Counted from the stretch's first letter, positions 17,601 through 27,389 are shown. The stretch is 64,000 nucleotides of DNA from Nitrospirota bacterium (GCA_011620345.1 WOZJ01000066.1:1-64000), one strand, 5' to 3'. Notes: generated from the letters alone by a model not told the origin. Made by a program: numbers and translations.

Positions 17601-17900
17601 ATGAAAAAGAAGCTAATATTTCCCGCCGCAACTCTTCAAGCGGTCATTTTGTTTGGAGTACCGGCGTTTGAGGCTCTTGCGCAAACGCCGGCGAACGAGC
17701 CCTCTATAGCTGCTTGCACTTCCTCAGGACTGTCTGAAGAACAGTGTCAGCAGTGTTTTTCTGCGGGGATGACGATGGAAGAGTGCCTTGCGCAGCAAGC
17801 GCAGCTACAGCCATCCGTGCTAGAGGATGCAGAAGAAGGGGCTGCGCCTGGCGGAGTTCCAGAGGCCCCAAGCGCACCGTCCCCATCCATGGGCTATTAG
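17601..17900 (+). CDS. Small secreted hypothetical protein with a 4-Cys two-repeat core
   Basis: AGGAGG RBS; signal peptide ending ALA-Q; CTSSGLSEEQC / CFSAGMTMEEC; followed by a terminator. Confidence 0.75.
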   Translation: MKKKLIFPAATLQAVILFGVPAFEALAQTPANEPSIAACTSSGLSEEQCQQCFSAGMTMEECLAQQAQLQPSVLEDAEEGAAPGGVPEAPSAPSPSMGY

Positions 17901-17924
17901 AGTTTTTTAAACCCAATAACCCAT

Positions 17925-17954
17925 ACCCCCTCGGGCCTGCCAGCCCGAGGGGGT
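17925..17954. terminator. Intrinsic terminator between convergent genes
   Basis: ACCCCCTCGGGC / GCCCGAGGGGGT 12 bp stem, then GTTTCATTTT. Confidence 0.75.
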
Positions 17955-17995
17955 GTTTCATTTTAACATGCAGCATGGACTGCGAAAAAAGAGAG

Positions 17996-18790
17996 CTACC
18001 GGCGCTTTAGCGTGGTTTGGTAGAGAAGCTCTCTTGAAATCTTATGTGCCGTATCCTGCAAGGAGGCGGCGAAGTGAGGAATCGTGCTCGAAGTGAGCTG
18101 GGCGCTCGTTCCAGTAAGCCCGATGGCCGCCTCGATTCGTTGGGAGCTGTTGAATAACGGAACGGCAAGACATACGACGCCCTCGCTTACCTCCTCTAAG
18201 TCGGTAGCGTATCCCCTCGATCGAACAAGCTCGAGTTCTTTGAGGAACCTGTCCTTTGATACGATCGTTTTCGGCGTAAGACGCTTGAATACATAGCCAT
18301 CAAGAAGGTCTTCCACCTCAACCCTTGGCAAAAACGCCGCGATGGCCTTTCCGACCGCGCTTGCGTGGGCTTCTACCCCTTTCCCTGCGTTCGTGTTGAC
18401 CCTGATGAGCGTCGGAGCCTCTGCTTTTTCAATGTACACCGCCTCTTTGCCTTCCAGAACTGCCAAATGGGCCGTAAGCCGGGTTTGTTTGGCCAAAACC
18501 CCCAAATGGGGCAAGACCACCTCGCGGATATCGAACCCGGAAAGCAGTCCTGTGGAAAGGCTAAGAAGCTTGAGTCCAAGGCTGTATCGGGCGCTCAGAG
18601 CGTCTTTTTTGATATAGCCGGTCTTTAGCAGCGTGGAGAGGATGTACGTTGCCGAACTTTTGGGAATCTTTAGCCGCCTTGTGAGTTCGGCGTGCGTCAT
18701 TCCCCCTTTTTTCCTGGAAAGCGCTTCCAGTACGGCAAGGGCTCGAAGGATCGCCCTCGAGGAGCCGAGTGTGTCTTTCGGCGATTGCAT
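17996..18790 (-). CDS. IclR family transcriptional regulator
   Basis: RALAVLEAL, IPKSSA HTH, YSLG, HASAVGKA, RSRGYA.D.EE, CLAVP. Confidence 0.93.
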   Translation of the reverse strand: MQSPKDTLGSSRAILRALAVLEALSRKKGGMTHAELTRRLKIPKSSATYILSTLLKTGYIKKDALSARYSLGLKLLSLSTGLLSGFDIREVVLPHLGVLAKQTRLTAHLAVLEGKEAVYIEKAEAPTLIRVNTNAGKGVEAHASAVGKAIAAFLPRVEVEDLLDGYVFKRLTPKTIVSKDRFLKELELVRSRGYATDLEEVSEGVVCLAVPLFNSSQRIEAAIGLTGTSAQLTSSTIPHFAASLQDTAHKISRELLYQTTLKRR

Positions 18791-18829
18791 GCTGGGTCTT
18801 TCAACGTTAAAAAGGCTTGCCTTGCGCGC

Positions 18830-19051
18830 CTACCCTTTGCACGTTCCGCAGCCTGTGGCGCTGCAACCAGAGCATGAAGCCCCGGACGACGCACTCCCTT
18901 GGATTCCGGACCCTTGGAAGGCGAAGACGGAAACCTTACGATCGAGCTCTACGCTTTGGCAGTACTTGCATGCAGGCGTCTCTTTCTTGTTCCTCAAAAA
19001 AAGTTCGAAGCTTTTCCCGCATGCAGCGCATGTATACTCGAAAATCGGCAT
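18830..19051 (-). CDS. FmdB family zinc-ribbon protein with Cys-rich tail
   Basis: MPIFEYTCAACG..FE, CKYC, tail CSGCSATGCGTC; AGGAG RBS. Confidence 0.85.
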   Translation of the reverse strand: MPIFEYTCAACGKSFELFLRNKKETPACKYCQSVELDRKVSVFAFQGSGIQGSASSGASCSGCSATGCGTCKG

Positions 19052-19226
19052 GGACAACTCCTTCAGTACTTTTTAGTCCTTATTTATAGCATAGCTCTTT
19101 GGCGTGGCTCGTGGAATCCTTCGGGGCAGGGCAATCGTGCTATGAAGGCTTGCAGGAGATGGGTTCAAAGCGGTAGTCGCCGTTAAGGGCTTCACGGAAC
19201 TTACGGAAGCGAAGGCTTTGTAACGC

Positions 19227-21332
19227 CTAGAGGTTCCGCCCTTCTTTTCTGAGGCCGGCCAGCTTTTTTAGCACCCCTAAAACCCTCGGGTCGGTTTTTA
19301 TCTGCTCGAGGCTCAAGGCGGCTTTCCTGCGCCAGTTGGGCCGTTCATCGCCCGTGCCCGGCATGTTCTGGAAGGCCCGCTCGAGCCAGAGGTCTTCTAG
19401 GTTGACCAACAGGATCCTGGCCTGGCTTTGAGCCAAGAATTTGAGTGCGGCCAAAAGGAACGTTTCAAGGCCATCTCCTTGCAAAAGCCCTCTGGCCTCC
19501 AGAAAATTCCTTAGGGATTGCGTGAGCCTTTGTCTCGATTCGAGCTCTTCGGGTGCTTTTTCTTTGGAGAGGTAGCCAAGTGCCACGCGCTCTTGGATGT
19601 CGAGCGCTTCGAGGAACGAAGCGAACGTGGGCATGTCGTGTGTGCCCAGGCTGGCTAGGGCATCCTCGATCGGGTCGGGCAGTGCGTGTTCGGGGTCGGG
19701 CCGGATTTCGGCCAGGAGGCAGTACATCCGCTGGAGGCCCGTTCGTTCCATAGCCTTACGCATGTACCCGGACACCGTGCCCAGGTCTTCGCCCACCAGC
19801 ATGGATTTTGCCCTGTGCGATTCGATCGCCAAAATGGGGTATAGCTCTTCGTAAGGGTAGCGGAGGTACATCCCATCTTTGGCCTCGAACCCAGATGGAA
19901 TCACGAAGAGCCGGTGCAAACCCATGACGTGGTCAAGCCTGAGCACGCCCGCGAGTTCGAGGTTTGTGCGAATCGTTTCGATGAAATCTAGATGGCCGAG
20001 CTCGCGGGTTTTTTCCGGGTGGGGCGGCATGAACCCCCAGTTCTGGCCGAGCATAAAGAACGTATCGGGGGGGGCCCCGATAGAAAGCCCCTCGACAAAG
20101 CACCCTTGGTAGGCCCAGGCATCGAACCCGTCCGGGTTGACGCCGACGGGAAGGTCTAGGTAAATCGCCCCGTTTTTGGCCTTTGTTTGCTCGCAAAGCG
20201 CCCTCAACTGACGGAATGCTTGCCACTGGGAGAAAAGATGGTAGCGAAATGCCTTGGGCGGGACATCCCCGGGGCAAAGCCTTCCTGATTTCATCCGCTC
20301 CGGCCATCGTCGAAAGCCTAGCCCCAATGCCTCGAGTGCAGCCATAAAAAGGGCGAACTCATTGGCCCTTGGGCGCTCCCTAAGGAACGTCTCGATGCCT
20401 GCTAAGTCGCCCCTTTGAAAGTATGCCTCGGCGAGCGGCTCCAAAACCGAGCGTTTGAGCGCCATGGCTCTTCTGTAGTCTACGAGAGGGTCTTCGTTTA
20501 GCGCTTGCACGCTCGCCCAGAAGGCCGGGTCTTGAAACCTCTTCATGGCCTCTTTGCTGGCGTTGAGCTCTTGGATTTGAGCGATATCGATGAAAGCTGG
20601 GTTCAAAAACTGCCGGCTTACGGGTGAGTAAGGGCTTGGGCTGAAAAGCGGCCCTTCGACAAAGCTCGATGTAAGGGGCAGCAACCCGATCACGTTTGCG
20701 CCGTGATCCATTGCAAATTGAACAAATTGCTCGAGGTCTCCAAAATCACCCACGCCCATGCTCTTTTTGGAATGGAGCGCGTACAGCGGGAGAAACAGCC
20801 CGAGCTCTCGCCACGCCTCGTGGACAAACGCCCTCTTTGGGCTGCAAAAAAGATGGGCGGTGTATTCTTGGTCGCCAAGCTCGAGCTTGAGTGTATGGTA
20901 GCCGGCTGAAAGCCTTAAGGGGAGCGTGATCGCATACAATGGAGGAGCGTAAGGAGTTTGCTCGGCACTAAGCGGCCTTAGGGCTTCATAGGAAAGCTCT
21001 ATCTTTCTTGATGCGCCCGTTTCTTCTTGGACCTCGAACACCAAGGATCCCTTGGGGAGGCCTTTGGGCAGCCGAATCCGGATGCGGACGGACTCGTTCT
21101 CCAAGCAGGGGATTCCGGGTTCCAAGGGGCGGCCCCATAAGGCTTCTTGCTTAGCTTTGAGAGCGTTCGGCACATCCTCGATGCGTTCCAGCCCTGACCC
21201 CAGCGCCTTGAGGGTGGCGAGGATCGCCTCTTGGGAGGGCTCACGCCATACTCTTTGGATGTCGTAGTAACCGATTTGAAGCCCCCAGGCAGCGGCGAGA
21301 CGTCTAAGCGGCCTTGGAATTGCTTGGTTCAT
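19227..21332 (-). CDS. malQ: 4-alpha-glucanotransferase (GH77)
   Basis: SPYSPVSR, YLDLPVG, GAPPD, LRLDHVMGL, GEDLG, THD, NMPGT..NWRR. Confidence 0.93.
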   Translation of the reverse strand: MNQAIPRPLRRLAAAWGLQIGYYDIQRVWREPSQEAILATLKALGSGLERIEDVPNALKAKQEALWGRPLEPGIPCLENESVRIRIRLPKGLPKGSLVFEVQEETGASRKIELSYEALRPLSAEQTPYAPPLYAITLPLRLSAGYHTLKLELGDQEYTAHLFCSPKRAFVHEAWRELGLFLPLYALHSKKSMGVGDFGDLEQFVQFAMDHGANVIGLLPLTSSFVEGPLFSPSPYSPVSRQFLNPAFIDIAQIQELNASKEAMKRFQDPAFWASVQALNEDPLVDYRRAMALKRSVLEPLAEAYFQRGDLAGIETFLRERPRANEFALFMAALEALGLGFRRWPERMKSGRLCPGDVPPKAFRYHLFSQWQAFRQLRALCEQTKAKNGAIYLDLPVGVNPDGFDAWAYQGCFVEGLSIGAPPDTFFMLGQNWGFMPPHPEKTRELGHLDFIETIRTNLELAGVLRLDHVMGLHRLFVIPSGFEAKDGMYLRYPYEELYPILAIESHRAKSMLVGEDLGTVSGYMRKAMERTGLQRMYCLLAEIRPDPEHALPDPIEDALASLGTHDMPTFASFLEALDIQERVALGYLSKEKAPEELESRQRLTQSLRNFLEARGLLQGDGLETFLLAALKFLAQSQARILLVNLEDLWLERAFQNMPGTGDERPNWRRKAALSLEQIKTDPRVLGVLKKLAGLRKEGRNL

Positions 21333-24300
21333 CCTTGGGGCTCCTGTTGCTTGAGGACCTCCAAAAGCCCGCTAAGGGGCACTCCAACCCAATCGGGACG
21401 GCTCATCAGCTCGTACTCGATCTCGTACAGCGCCTTTTCGACGAGGAAAAAATTGAGGAGCTCCCGAAGGACCCCTTGGTCTTCCGGGACAAGCCGGGTT
21501 TGCGAGGCTTCAAGGAGGTGAAAGTAGGAATCGAGAAAGGTTTTGGCGACCACGAAATACCAAACCATGGCCCACCCGCGGGTCTTTTCGATGTCCTCCG
21601 ACCTTAGCTCCGTAGGAATCCGGCCTCCGAGCCCAAAATGGACGGCGTAGTGAAAAGACCTGAGCATACCGGCCACGTCCCGCAAGCAGGAACGCTTGAG
21701 CCGCCTTTCGCCGAGCGGCCTTAAGGGTTCGCCCTCGAAATCGATGATAACGAAATCTTTGCCCGTGTAGAGCACCTGGCCTAAGTGGAAATCTCCGTGG
21801 ATGCGGATCCGCATGGCCTGCATTTTTTTAGTAAACAGCGGTTGGAAGCGCGCCTCGATCTTGGCTTTCATGGATAGCAGCCGTTCGGCCTGGAGTTTTT
21901 CTTCTTGTGGTAGGTTCTTGAGGGAGCCTTTTAAAAGATCAAACGTGCGGGCTGAAAGGCTTCTGAAGGCGTGGTAGACGCCTCTTTGGTAGACGAGTGT
22001 GAAGGGTTCCGGAATGAAGGCCGGGTTCTCCTTCTCTACGCTAAGCGCGGTATGAAGCTCCGCCGTCCTTTGGCCAAGCAGTCTCGCGGATTCAAGATAG
22101 GGGCCGATCACGCTGGGGACTTCCTCAGGGAGAGAGGCTATATCCAAAAAGAGGGGGTCCTTTGGCATTCCAAGCTCGCCGGGGGCGGTATCGGCGGCCA
22201 TGGCCCTCTCGAAGAACTGACCCAAGGAGTGGAGCGTATAGCTCCAGGCATCTCCTTGGTTGGGAACGTAATCGACAAGAACACCCACGGACCAAGGCTC
22301 TTCGCCTTTACCGCGCCGATACTCGAGCGAGCCCATCAAGGGCGGGGTTTTTGTGGGCATTCCTTTGCGCGTAAGAAAGCTCAAGACCTCGAGCTCTGGG
22401 TTGATCCCGTCTTCTACATGCCTGAAGAGCTTCAAAATCAGCTTGTCCCCGAACGCGGCGGAGGTGTTGCTCTGTTCGGCAGAAAGCACCCTTGGCTCCA
22501 AGCCGCCCGATACCTCCTCTTCGTAAAACTTCCTCAATGTCCCCATCGGGAGGGCGAGCAGATTTCCGCGCTTGCCTTTGAAGCGCCTGCGTTTGGCGAT
22601 TGCCTCGAGGAGGGAAGCGAGCACTTCTTTGAGCCCAGTGGCATCGCACAAAAGAAAGTCCTCTTTTGATCTTGTCTGGATCTTGGCCAGGACGGGGATT
22701 TTGGAGTTAGCCTCCTCGCCCGGAATGAGCCCAAGGGCCATCAGGTAAGTGTTCGGGGCTCCTTCGTTGAAATCAACCCGAAGGAGCGTAAGCCAGGTTA
22801 AAAAAGGCTCATGCCCCAAGGGGATCGTCTCGGTAAGGTTGACGCTACGGATTGTCCTTGCCTTGGCCGCAAACCACCGGCATGTTTTCAGGTAGTCAGG
22901 CAAAAGCTCTAAAAGCTTCGAAAGCGGCCTTGGTTTATCAAAGAGGTCGTCTGGGTTCCCCACGCCAATGACGGGGAAAGCGAAAAGCTTCGGGGCTACG
23001 CTAACGGCGGGTTCGGGTAGCTTTGCGGGCTCGAGCGTGAAGAAGTAAAAAGAATGAGGGCCTAACGTAAGCGCGTAGGGCTCTTGGGTGATTTCGGGGA
23101 ACTCCACCTTGCCGAACATCTCGACAGGCCTTCTTCCGATGCAATCCGACAAATCGAGCCTGCAGTACTGGACGAATCTGGAGAGGTTGGATACGACAAG
23201 CACCTGCTGGCCTTCGTAGCCTCTAAGAAATGCAAAAATCTTGCTGTTTTCCGGCCTTAAGAAGGTTATATCCCCCCGGCTGAACGCCTTGCAGCCCTTC
23301 CTTAGCGCGATTAGGCGTTTCGTGAACCAAAGAAGTGAACCCGGGTTCGCCTTCTGGGCCTCGACGTTGATCGTTTCATAGTGGTACTCGGGGTCCGTGA
23401 TGGGGGGCAGGTAGAGCCTCTGGGGATTGGCCTTCGAGAACCCCGCGTTCCTGTCAGGGCCCCATTGCATGGGGGTGCGTACGCCGTTCCTGTCGCCCAA
23501 GTAAATATTGTCGCCCATTCCAATCTCATCGCCATAGTAAAGGATGGGAGTGCCGGGCAACGAGAACAAAAGCGCGTTCATCAACTCGATCCTTCGTCGG
23601 TTGTTGCCAAGGAGCGGGGCAAGCCTGCGGCGTATTCCTAAGTTGATACGGGCCTGAGGGTCCTTGGCGTAAACCCTGTACATGTAATCGCGCTCCTCGT
23701 CCGTCACCATCTCGAGCGTGAGTTCGTCGTGGTTCCGTAAAAACAGTCCCCACTGGCAGGTTTCTGGAATCTGTGGAGTTTGCACGAGGATGTCCACGAT
23801 GGGAAATCGGTCTTCAGTGTATAGCGCCATGAAGAGCCTTGGCATCAAGGGAAAGTGGAATGCCATGTGGCATTCATCGCCGTCGCCAAAGTAGGCGACG
23901 GCGTCCTCCGGCCATTGGTTGGCCTCGGCCAAAAGCATTCGCGCGTGGAAGTGTTCGTCGATGTATCTCCTTAGCTCTTGCAAGAACGCGTGCGTCTCGG
24001 GGAGGTTCTCGCAGTTCGTCCCTTCGCGCTCGAAGAGATAGGGGACAGCATCCAGCCTCAACCCCGACACGCCCATGGCCAGCCAGAAATCCACCGCCTT
24101 GAGCATGGCAGCCCGGACGGCCGGGTTGTCGAAGTTTAAATCAGGCTGGTGGGAGTAGAACCGATGCCAGTAGTAGGCCCTGGCGATCGGGTCCCAAGCC
24201 CAGTTGGACGTCTCGAAGTCTTTGAAAATGATCCTTGCGTCCTTGTAAGGCTCGGCCGTCTCGCTCCATACGTAGAAGTTTCTCTTCCTAGAGGCCGGGC

Positions 24301-24691
24301 TCGCCCTGCGCGCTTGCTGGAACCAAGGGTGCTGGTCGGAGGTATGGTTTAAAACGAGCTCCGTGATGACCCGAATCCCCCTCTTCGTCGCCTCCTTCAT
24401 AAAATGCTCGAAGTCCTTGAGCGTCCCGTAGGAGGGATGAACCCCGGTATAATCCGCGATGTCGTAGCCGTCATCTTTCAATGGTGATGGGTAAAACGGC
24501 AAGAGCCAAACGGCGGTAACCCCCAGGTCTTCCAGGTAATCGAGCTTTTCGGCAAGCCCGCGGAAATCGCCGATCCCGTCGCCGTCGGAATCGTAAAAGG
24601 CGCGGACGTGCAATTCGTACAGGATGGCATCTTTGAACCATAAGGGGTCGTCGCCTTCGAGTACGCCTTGGAATTTACGTTTGACCGGCAT
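21329..24691 (-). CDS. treS: Trehalose synthase fused to maltokinase (TreS-Mak/Pep2)
   Basis: N-terminal GH13: WFKDA, DDGYDIAD, RLDAVPY, AEANQWP, FLRNHDELTLE; C-terminal kinase: AEQSNTS, LKLFR, IHGDFHLGQ, IDFEGEP. Confidence 0.95.
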   Translation of the reverse strand: MPVKRKFQGVLEGDDPLWFKDAILYELHVRAFYDSDGDGIGDFRGLAEKLDYLEDLGVTAVWLLPFYPSPLKDDGYDIADYTGVHPSYGTLKDFEHFMKEATKRGIRVITELVLNHTSDQHPWFQQARRASPASRKRNFYVWSETAEPYKDARIIFKDFETSNWAWDPIARAYYWHRFYSHQPDLNFDNPAVRAAMLKAVDFWLAMGVSGLRLDAVPYLFEREGTNCENLPETHAFLQELRRYIDEHFHARMLLAEANQWPEDAVAYFGDGDECHMAFHFPLMPRLFMALYTEDRFPIVDILVQTPQIPETCQWGLFLRNHDELTLEMVTDEERDYMYRVYAKDPQARINLGIRRRLAPLLGNNRRRIELMNALLFSLPGTPILYYGDEIGMGDNIYLGDRNGVRTPMQWGPDRNAGFSKANPQRLYLPPITDPEYHYETINVEAQKANPGSLLWFTKRLIALRKGCKAFSRGDITFLRPENSKIFAFLRGYEGQQVLVVSNLSRFVQYCRLDLSDCIGRRPVEMFGKVEFPEITQEPYALTLGPHSFYFFTLEPAKLPEPAVSVAPKLFAFPVIGVGNPDDLFDKPRPLSKLLELLPDYLKTCRWFAAKARTIRSVNLTETIPLGHEPFLTWLTLLRVDFNEGAPNTYLMALGLIPGEEANSKIPVLAKIQTRSKEDFLLCDATGLKEVLASLLEAIAKRRRFKGKRGNLLALPMGTLRKFYEEEVSGGLEPRVLSAEQSNTSAAFGDKLILKLFRHVEDGINPELEVLSFLTRKGMPTKTPPLMGSLEYRRGKGEEPWSVGVLVDYVPNQGDAWSYTLHSLGQFFERAMAADTAPGELGMPKDPLFLDIASLPEEVPSVIGPYLESARLLGQRTAELHTALSVEKENPAFIPEPFTLVYQRGVYHAFRSLSARTFDLLKGSLKNLPQEEKLQAERLLSMKAKIEARFQPLFTKKMQAMRIRIHGDFHLGQVLYTGKDFVIIDFEGEPLRPLGERRLKRSCLRDVAGMLRSFHYAVHFGLGGRIPTELRSEDIEKTRGWAMVWYFVVAKTFLDSYFHLLEASQTRLVPEDQGVLRELLNFFLVEKALYEIEYELMSRPDWVGVPLSGLLEVLKQQEPQG

Positions 24692-24796
24692 GGTTCGCTC
24701 CTAATTCTGTGGCATCGTGTGGGGGGCCAGCGTGGCGCTCAAGGGCGGCTTTTTTGGAGAGCCCTTGCCCAAAATCAAAGAGTTGATCATGTGAAG

Positions 24797-24826
24797 AGTC
24801 TACAAAGCCAGAATACAGGGTGTCAA
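24797..24826 (-). promoter_or_regulatory. Sigma-70 promoter for treS-malQ
   Basis: TTGACA-18 nt-TAGACT on the minus strand. Confidence 0.5.
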
Positions 24827-24899
24827 CCGAAAGGGTTTGCGCAATTTTTGGTCCTCAATTAAGCTTGGAGGAAATAACGCAACTCATCCAAGGGGGCGT

Positions 24900-26333
24900 A
24901 TGGAGATCAAGGCCTATCGACGGAAAACGAAGATCGTTTGCACGATCGGGCCGGGAAGCTCGAGTCAAAACATGGTTGAAAGGCTTCTCGATGCCGGGAT
25001 GGACTTAGCAAGGCTCAACCTTTCGCACGGAAGTCACGAAGAGCACGCAAAGACCATGCAGACGCTGCGCGAGACAGCGAAGGCGCGTCAGAAGAACTTG
25101 GCGATCCTTCTGGACCTGCCTGGGCCAAAGATCCGGACGGGGGACGTCAAAGACGACGGGGTTTTGCTCAAGGAAGGCGAGGCGTTCGTTTTGAAAACCG
25201 AGGATATGGTTGGCGACGAGAGGCGGGTTTCGGTAAGCCTAAAAACGCTCCCGGACGACGTCGAGCCCGGGGTTATGGTCCTTTTATCTGATGGGACGAT
25301 CCGGCTTTTGGTCGAACGGGTCGAAAAAAGGGAGATCTTTTGCAGGGTCGTGTCCGGAGGGGTCCTGCGATCTAGGCAAGGCATCAACGTTCCAGGCGTA
25401 AGGCTTTCTGTCGAGGCGCTGACCGAGGATGACGAGAAACACCTTGCGTTCGGCCTACGAGAGGGCGTCGATTTCGTGGCCATGTCGTTCGTTCGCGACC
25501 AAGGCGACATTCTAAAGCTTAAGCGCCTTATCGGGGAGCGGGGGAAAGACGTGCCCGTCGTGGCAAAGATCGAAAAGCACGAGGCCGCGGAGGCGATTTT
25601 TGGCATTCTCGAAGCGACGGACGCCGTAATGGTCGCAAGGGGAGACTTAGGCCTGGAGACCCCATTAGAACGTGTTCCCGTCCTTCAGAAGGCCATCATC
25701 CAGGCGGCGAATCACCTGGGCAAGCCCGTGATCGTGGCTACCCAAATGCTCGAATCGATGGTTCAATCCCCCATGCCAACCCGGGCGGAGGTTTCGGACG
25801 TGGCAAACGCCATCTTCGACGGGGCCGATGCGGTGATGCTCTCGGAAGAGACGGCCATCGGCCGTTACCCGGACTTGGCGGCCGCCATGATGGCCAAGAT
25901 TGCCCATGAGGTCGAGCGGGCGCTGCCCTACGAGTCGCTCCTTGCTGCACGCGAGCATTTTCAGCTTCCCCAGGTGGACGATGCGATCGCACACCAGGCA
26001 TGCCACGCGGCGCTGCAGTTGGGGGCTAAGGTGATCGTGGCCTACACCTCGACAGGCTCGACCGCAAGAAGGCTTGCAAAGTACCGCCCAAAGGCTCCCA
26101 TCCTGGCCATCACTCCATCCATGCAAACGGCCAGGGAGCTTTGCTTGAACTGGGGGGTTATTCCTTTCTTCGTCCCCGACCTTGGCCAGGTGGAAGAGGT
26201 CTTTACGATGGCGGAAGCGGTCTCGAAACAAACGGGCCTGGCCAACTCGGGCGATTTGATCGTCATTACGGCGGGCCTGCCTTGGAAGGTGCCAGGCAAC
26301 ACGAACCTCATCAAGGTGCAGCAGCTTGTTTGA
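24900..26333 (+). CDS. pyk: Pyruvate kinase
   Basis: KTKIVCTIGP, RLNLSHG, DLPGPKIR, AKIE, VARGDLG, ATQMLESM, PTRAE, DAVMLSEETA. Confidence 0.97.
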   Translation: MEIKAYRRKTKIVCTIGPGSSSQNMVERLLDAGMDLARLNLSHGSHEEHAKTMQTLRETAKARQKNLAILLDLPGPKIRTGDVKDDGVLLKEGEAFVLKTEDMVGDERRVSVSLKTLPDDVEPGVMVLLSDGTIRLLVERVEKREIFCRVVSGGVLRSRQGINVPGVRLSVEALTEDDEKHLAFGLREGVDFVAMSFVRDQGDILKLKRLIGERGKDVPVVAKIEKHEAAEAIFGILEATDAVMVARGDLGLETPLERVPVLQKAIIQAANHLGKPVIVATQMLESMVQSPMPTRAEVSDVANAIFDGADAVMLSEETAIGRYPDLAAAMMAKIAHEVERALPYESLLAAREHFQLPQVDDAIAHQACHAALQLGAKVIVAYTSTGSTARRLAKYRPKAPILAITPSMQTARELCLNWGVIPFFVPDLGQVEEVFTMAEAVSKQTGLANSGDLIVITAGLPWKVPGNTNLIKVQQLV

Positions 26334-26338
26334 AATAG

Positions 26339-26370
26339 AAGAGACCGTAACCCTAAGGTCACGGTCTCTT
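26339..26370. terminator. Hairpin between convergent pyk and trxA
   Basis: AAGAGACCGT...ACGGTCTCTT 10 bp stem plus inner ACC/GGT. Confidence 0.65.
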
Positions 26371-26392
26371 GATAAAGATGCCCGTAAATGTT

Positions 26393-26725
26393 TTAGGAGA
26401 GAACCTTCTGGATGACCTCCTCGATCTGAGCCTTGGGGACGGCACCCACGATTTGGTCGGCAACCTGGCCTTCTTTGAACAGAATCAGCGTAGGAATGCC
26501 CCGGATGCCGTACGTGGAAGGGGTTTTTGGGTTGTCGTCGACGTTCATCTTGGCCACTTTGAGCTTGCCCGTATGCTGGGCGGCCAGCTCTTCCACGATC
26601 GGCGAGACGATTCGGCAGGGGCCGCACCAAGGGGCCCAAAAATCCACGAGGACGGGTACGCTGTTTTCTTGGAGCACCTCTTTGTCGAACGTATCGTCGG
26701 TTAGTTCAATCGGAGCTTGCGCCAT
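26393..26725 (-). CDS. trxA: Thioredoxin
   Basis: DFWAPWCGPC, GIPTL, VGAVPK. Confidence 0.97.
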   Translation of the reverse strand: MAQAPIELTDDTFDKEVLQENSVPVLVDFWAPWCGPCRIVSPIVEELAAQHTGKLKVAKMNVDDNPKTPSTYGIRGIPTLILFKEGQVADQIVGAVPKAQIEEVIQKVLS

Positions 26726-26772
26726 TCTTTGACCCTCTTGTATAGTTAAAGGTTCATGGGGGTACTTCAACT

Positions 26773-26802
26773 ATCCTAGGAGAACTCTTTGAGGGGTGTC
26801 AA
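26773..26802 (-). promoter_or_regulatory. Sigma-70 promoter for trxA
   Basis: TTGACA-18 nt-TAGGAT on the minus strand. Confidence 0.5.
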
Positions 26803-27385
26803 GCGAACGCCTACGGCGGAAGAGCTTTGTGCTGCGCTGAAAATGAGCGTCCTGGCAAAAGAGCGTTTCGTCGAAACACACGGAACGGCGCTTCTTGAGC
26901 TGGGCGGAGGGCTCGCAAACCGGCTGGCGGACGGGGCCAAGCTGTTGGTTGCGGGCAACGGGGGCTCGGCCTCGGACGCCCAGCACTTCGCCGCCGAGCT
27001 TGTCGGCAGGTTTTCTAAGCCGCGAGGGCCGCTTCCCTGCCTTGCGCTTCCTGCCAACATAGGGCTATTAACGGCGATCGGCAATGATTTCGGGTTTGAG
27101 CGGGTGTTCGAGCGCCAAATCGAGGCGTTTGGCCGTAAGGGGGACGCTTTCCTTGCGATCAGCACGTCTGGCAATTCTCCCAACGTCGTGCTGGCAGCGA
27201 AAAAAGCAAAAGAGCTCGGCCTGTTCGTTATCGGCCTGACGGGCTTTGGCGGCGGCTCGCTCAAAGAGCACGTCCACGTGCTGCTGGATCTACCCTTCGA
27301 GGCCGAAACCCCAAGGGTACAGGAAGCCCACATCTTCGCCCTCCATGCGCTTGCCTGGATCATCGAAGAATCGCTCGCCACTTAA
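26789..27385 (+). CDS. gmhA: D-sedoheptulose 7-phosphate isomerase
   Basis: GNGGSASDAQH, GND, STSGNS, RVQEAH; TTG start uncertain. Confidence 0.93.
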   Translation: MRGVKRTPTAEELCAALKMSVLAKERFVETHGTALLELGGGLANRLADGAKLLVAGNGGSASDAQHFAAELVGRFSKPRGPLPCLALPANIGLLTAIGNDFGFERVFERQIEAFGRKGDAFLAISTSGNSPNVVLAAKKAKELGLFVIGLTGFGGGSLKEHVHVLLDLPFEAETPRVQEAHIFALHALAWIIEESLAT

Positions 27386-27389
27386 GCCC

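Noticed and set aside
24774-24787. ATCAA-AGAG-TTGAT palindrome between treS and pyk
   Set aside because: Half-sites are inverted relative to an FNR box; single occurrence
25665-26639. 324 aa minus-strand ORF
   Set aside because: Antisense to pyk and out of frame over trxA; no motifs
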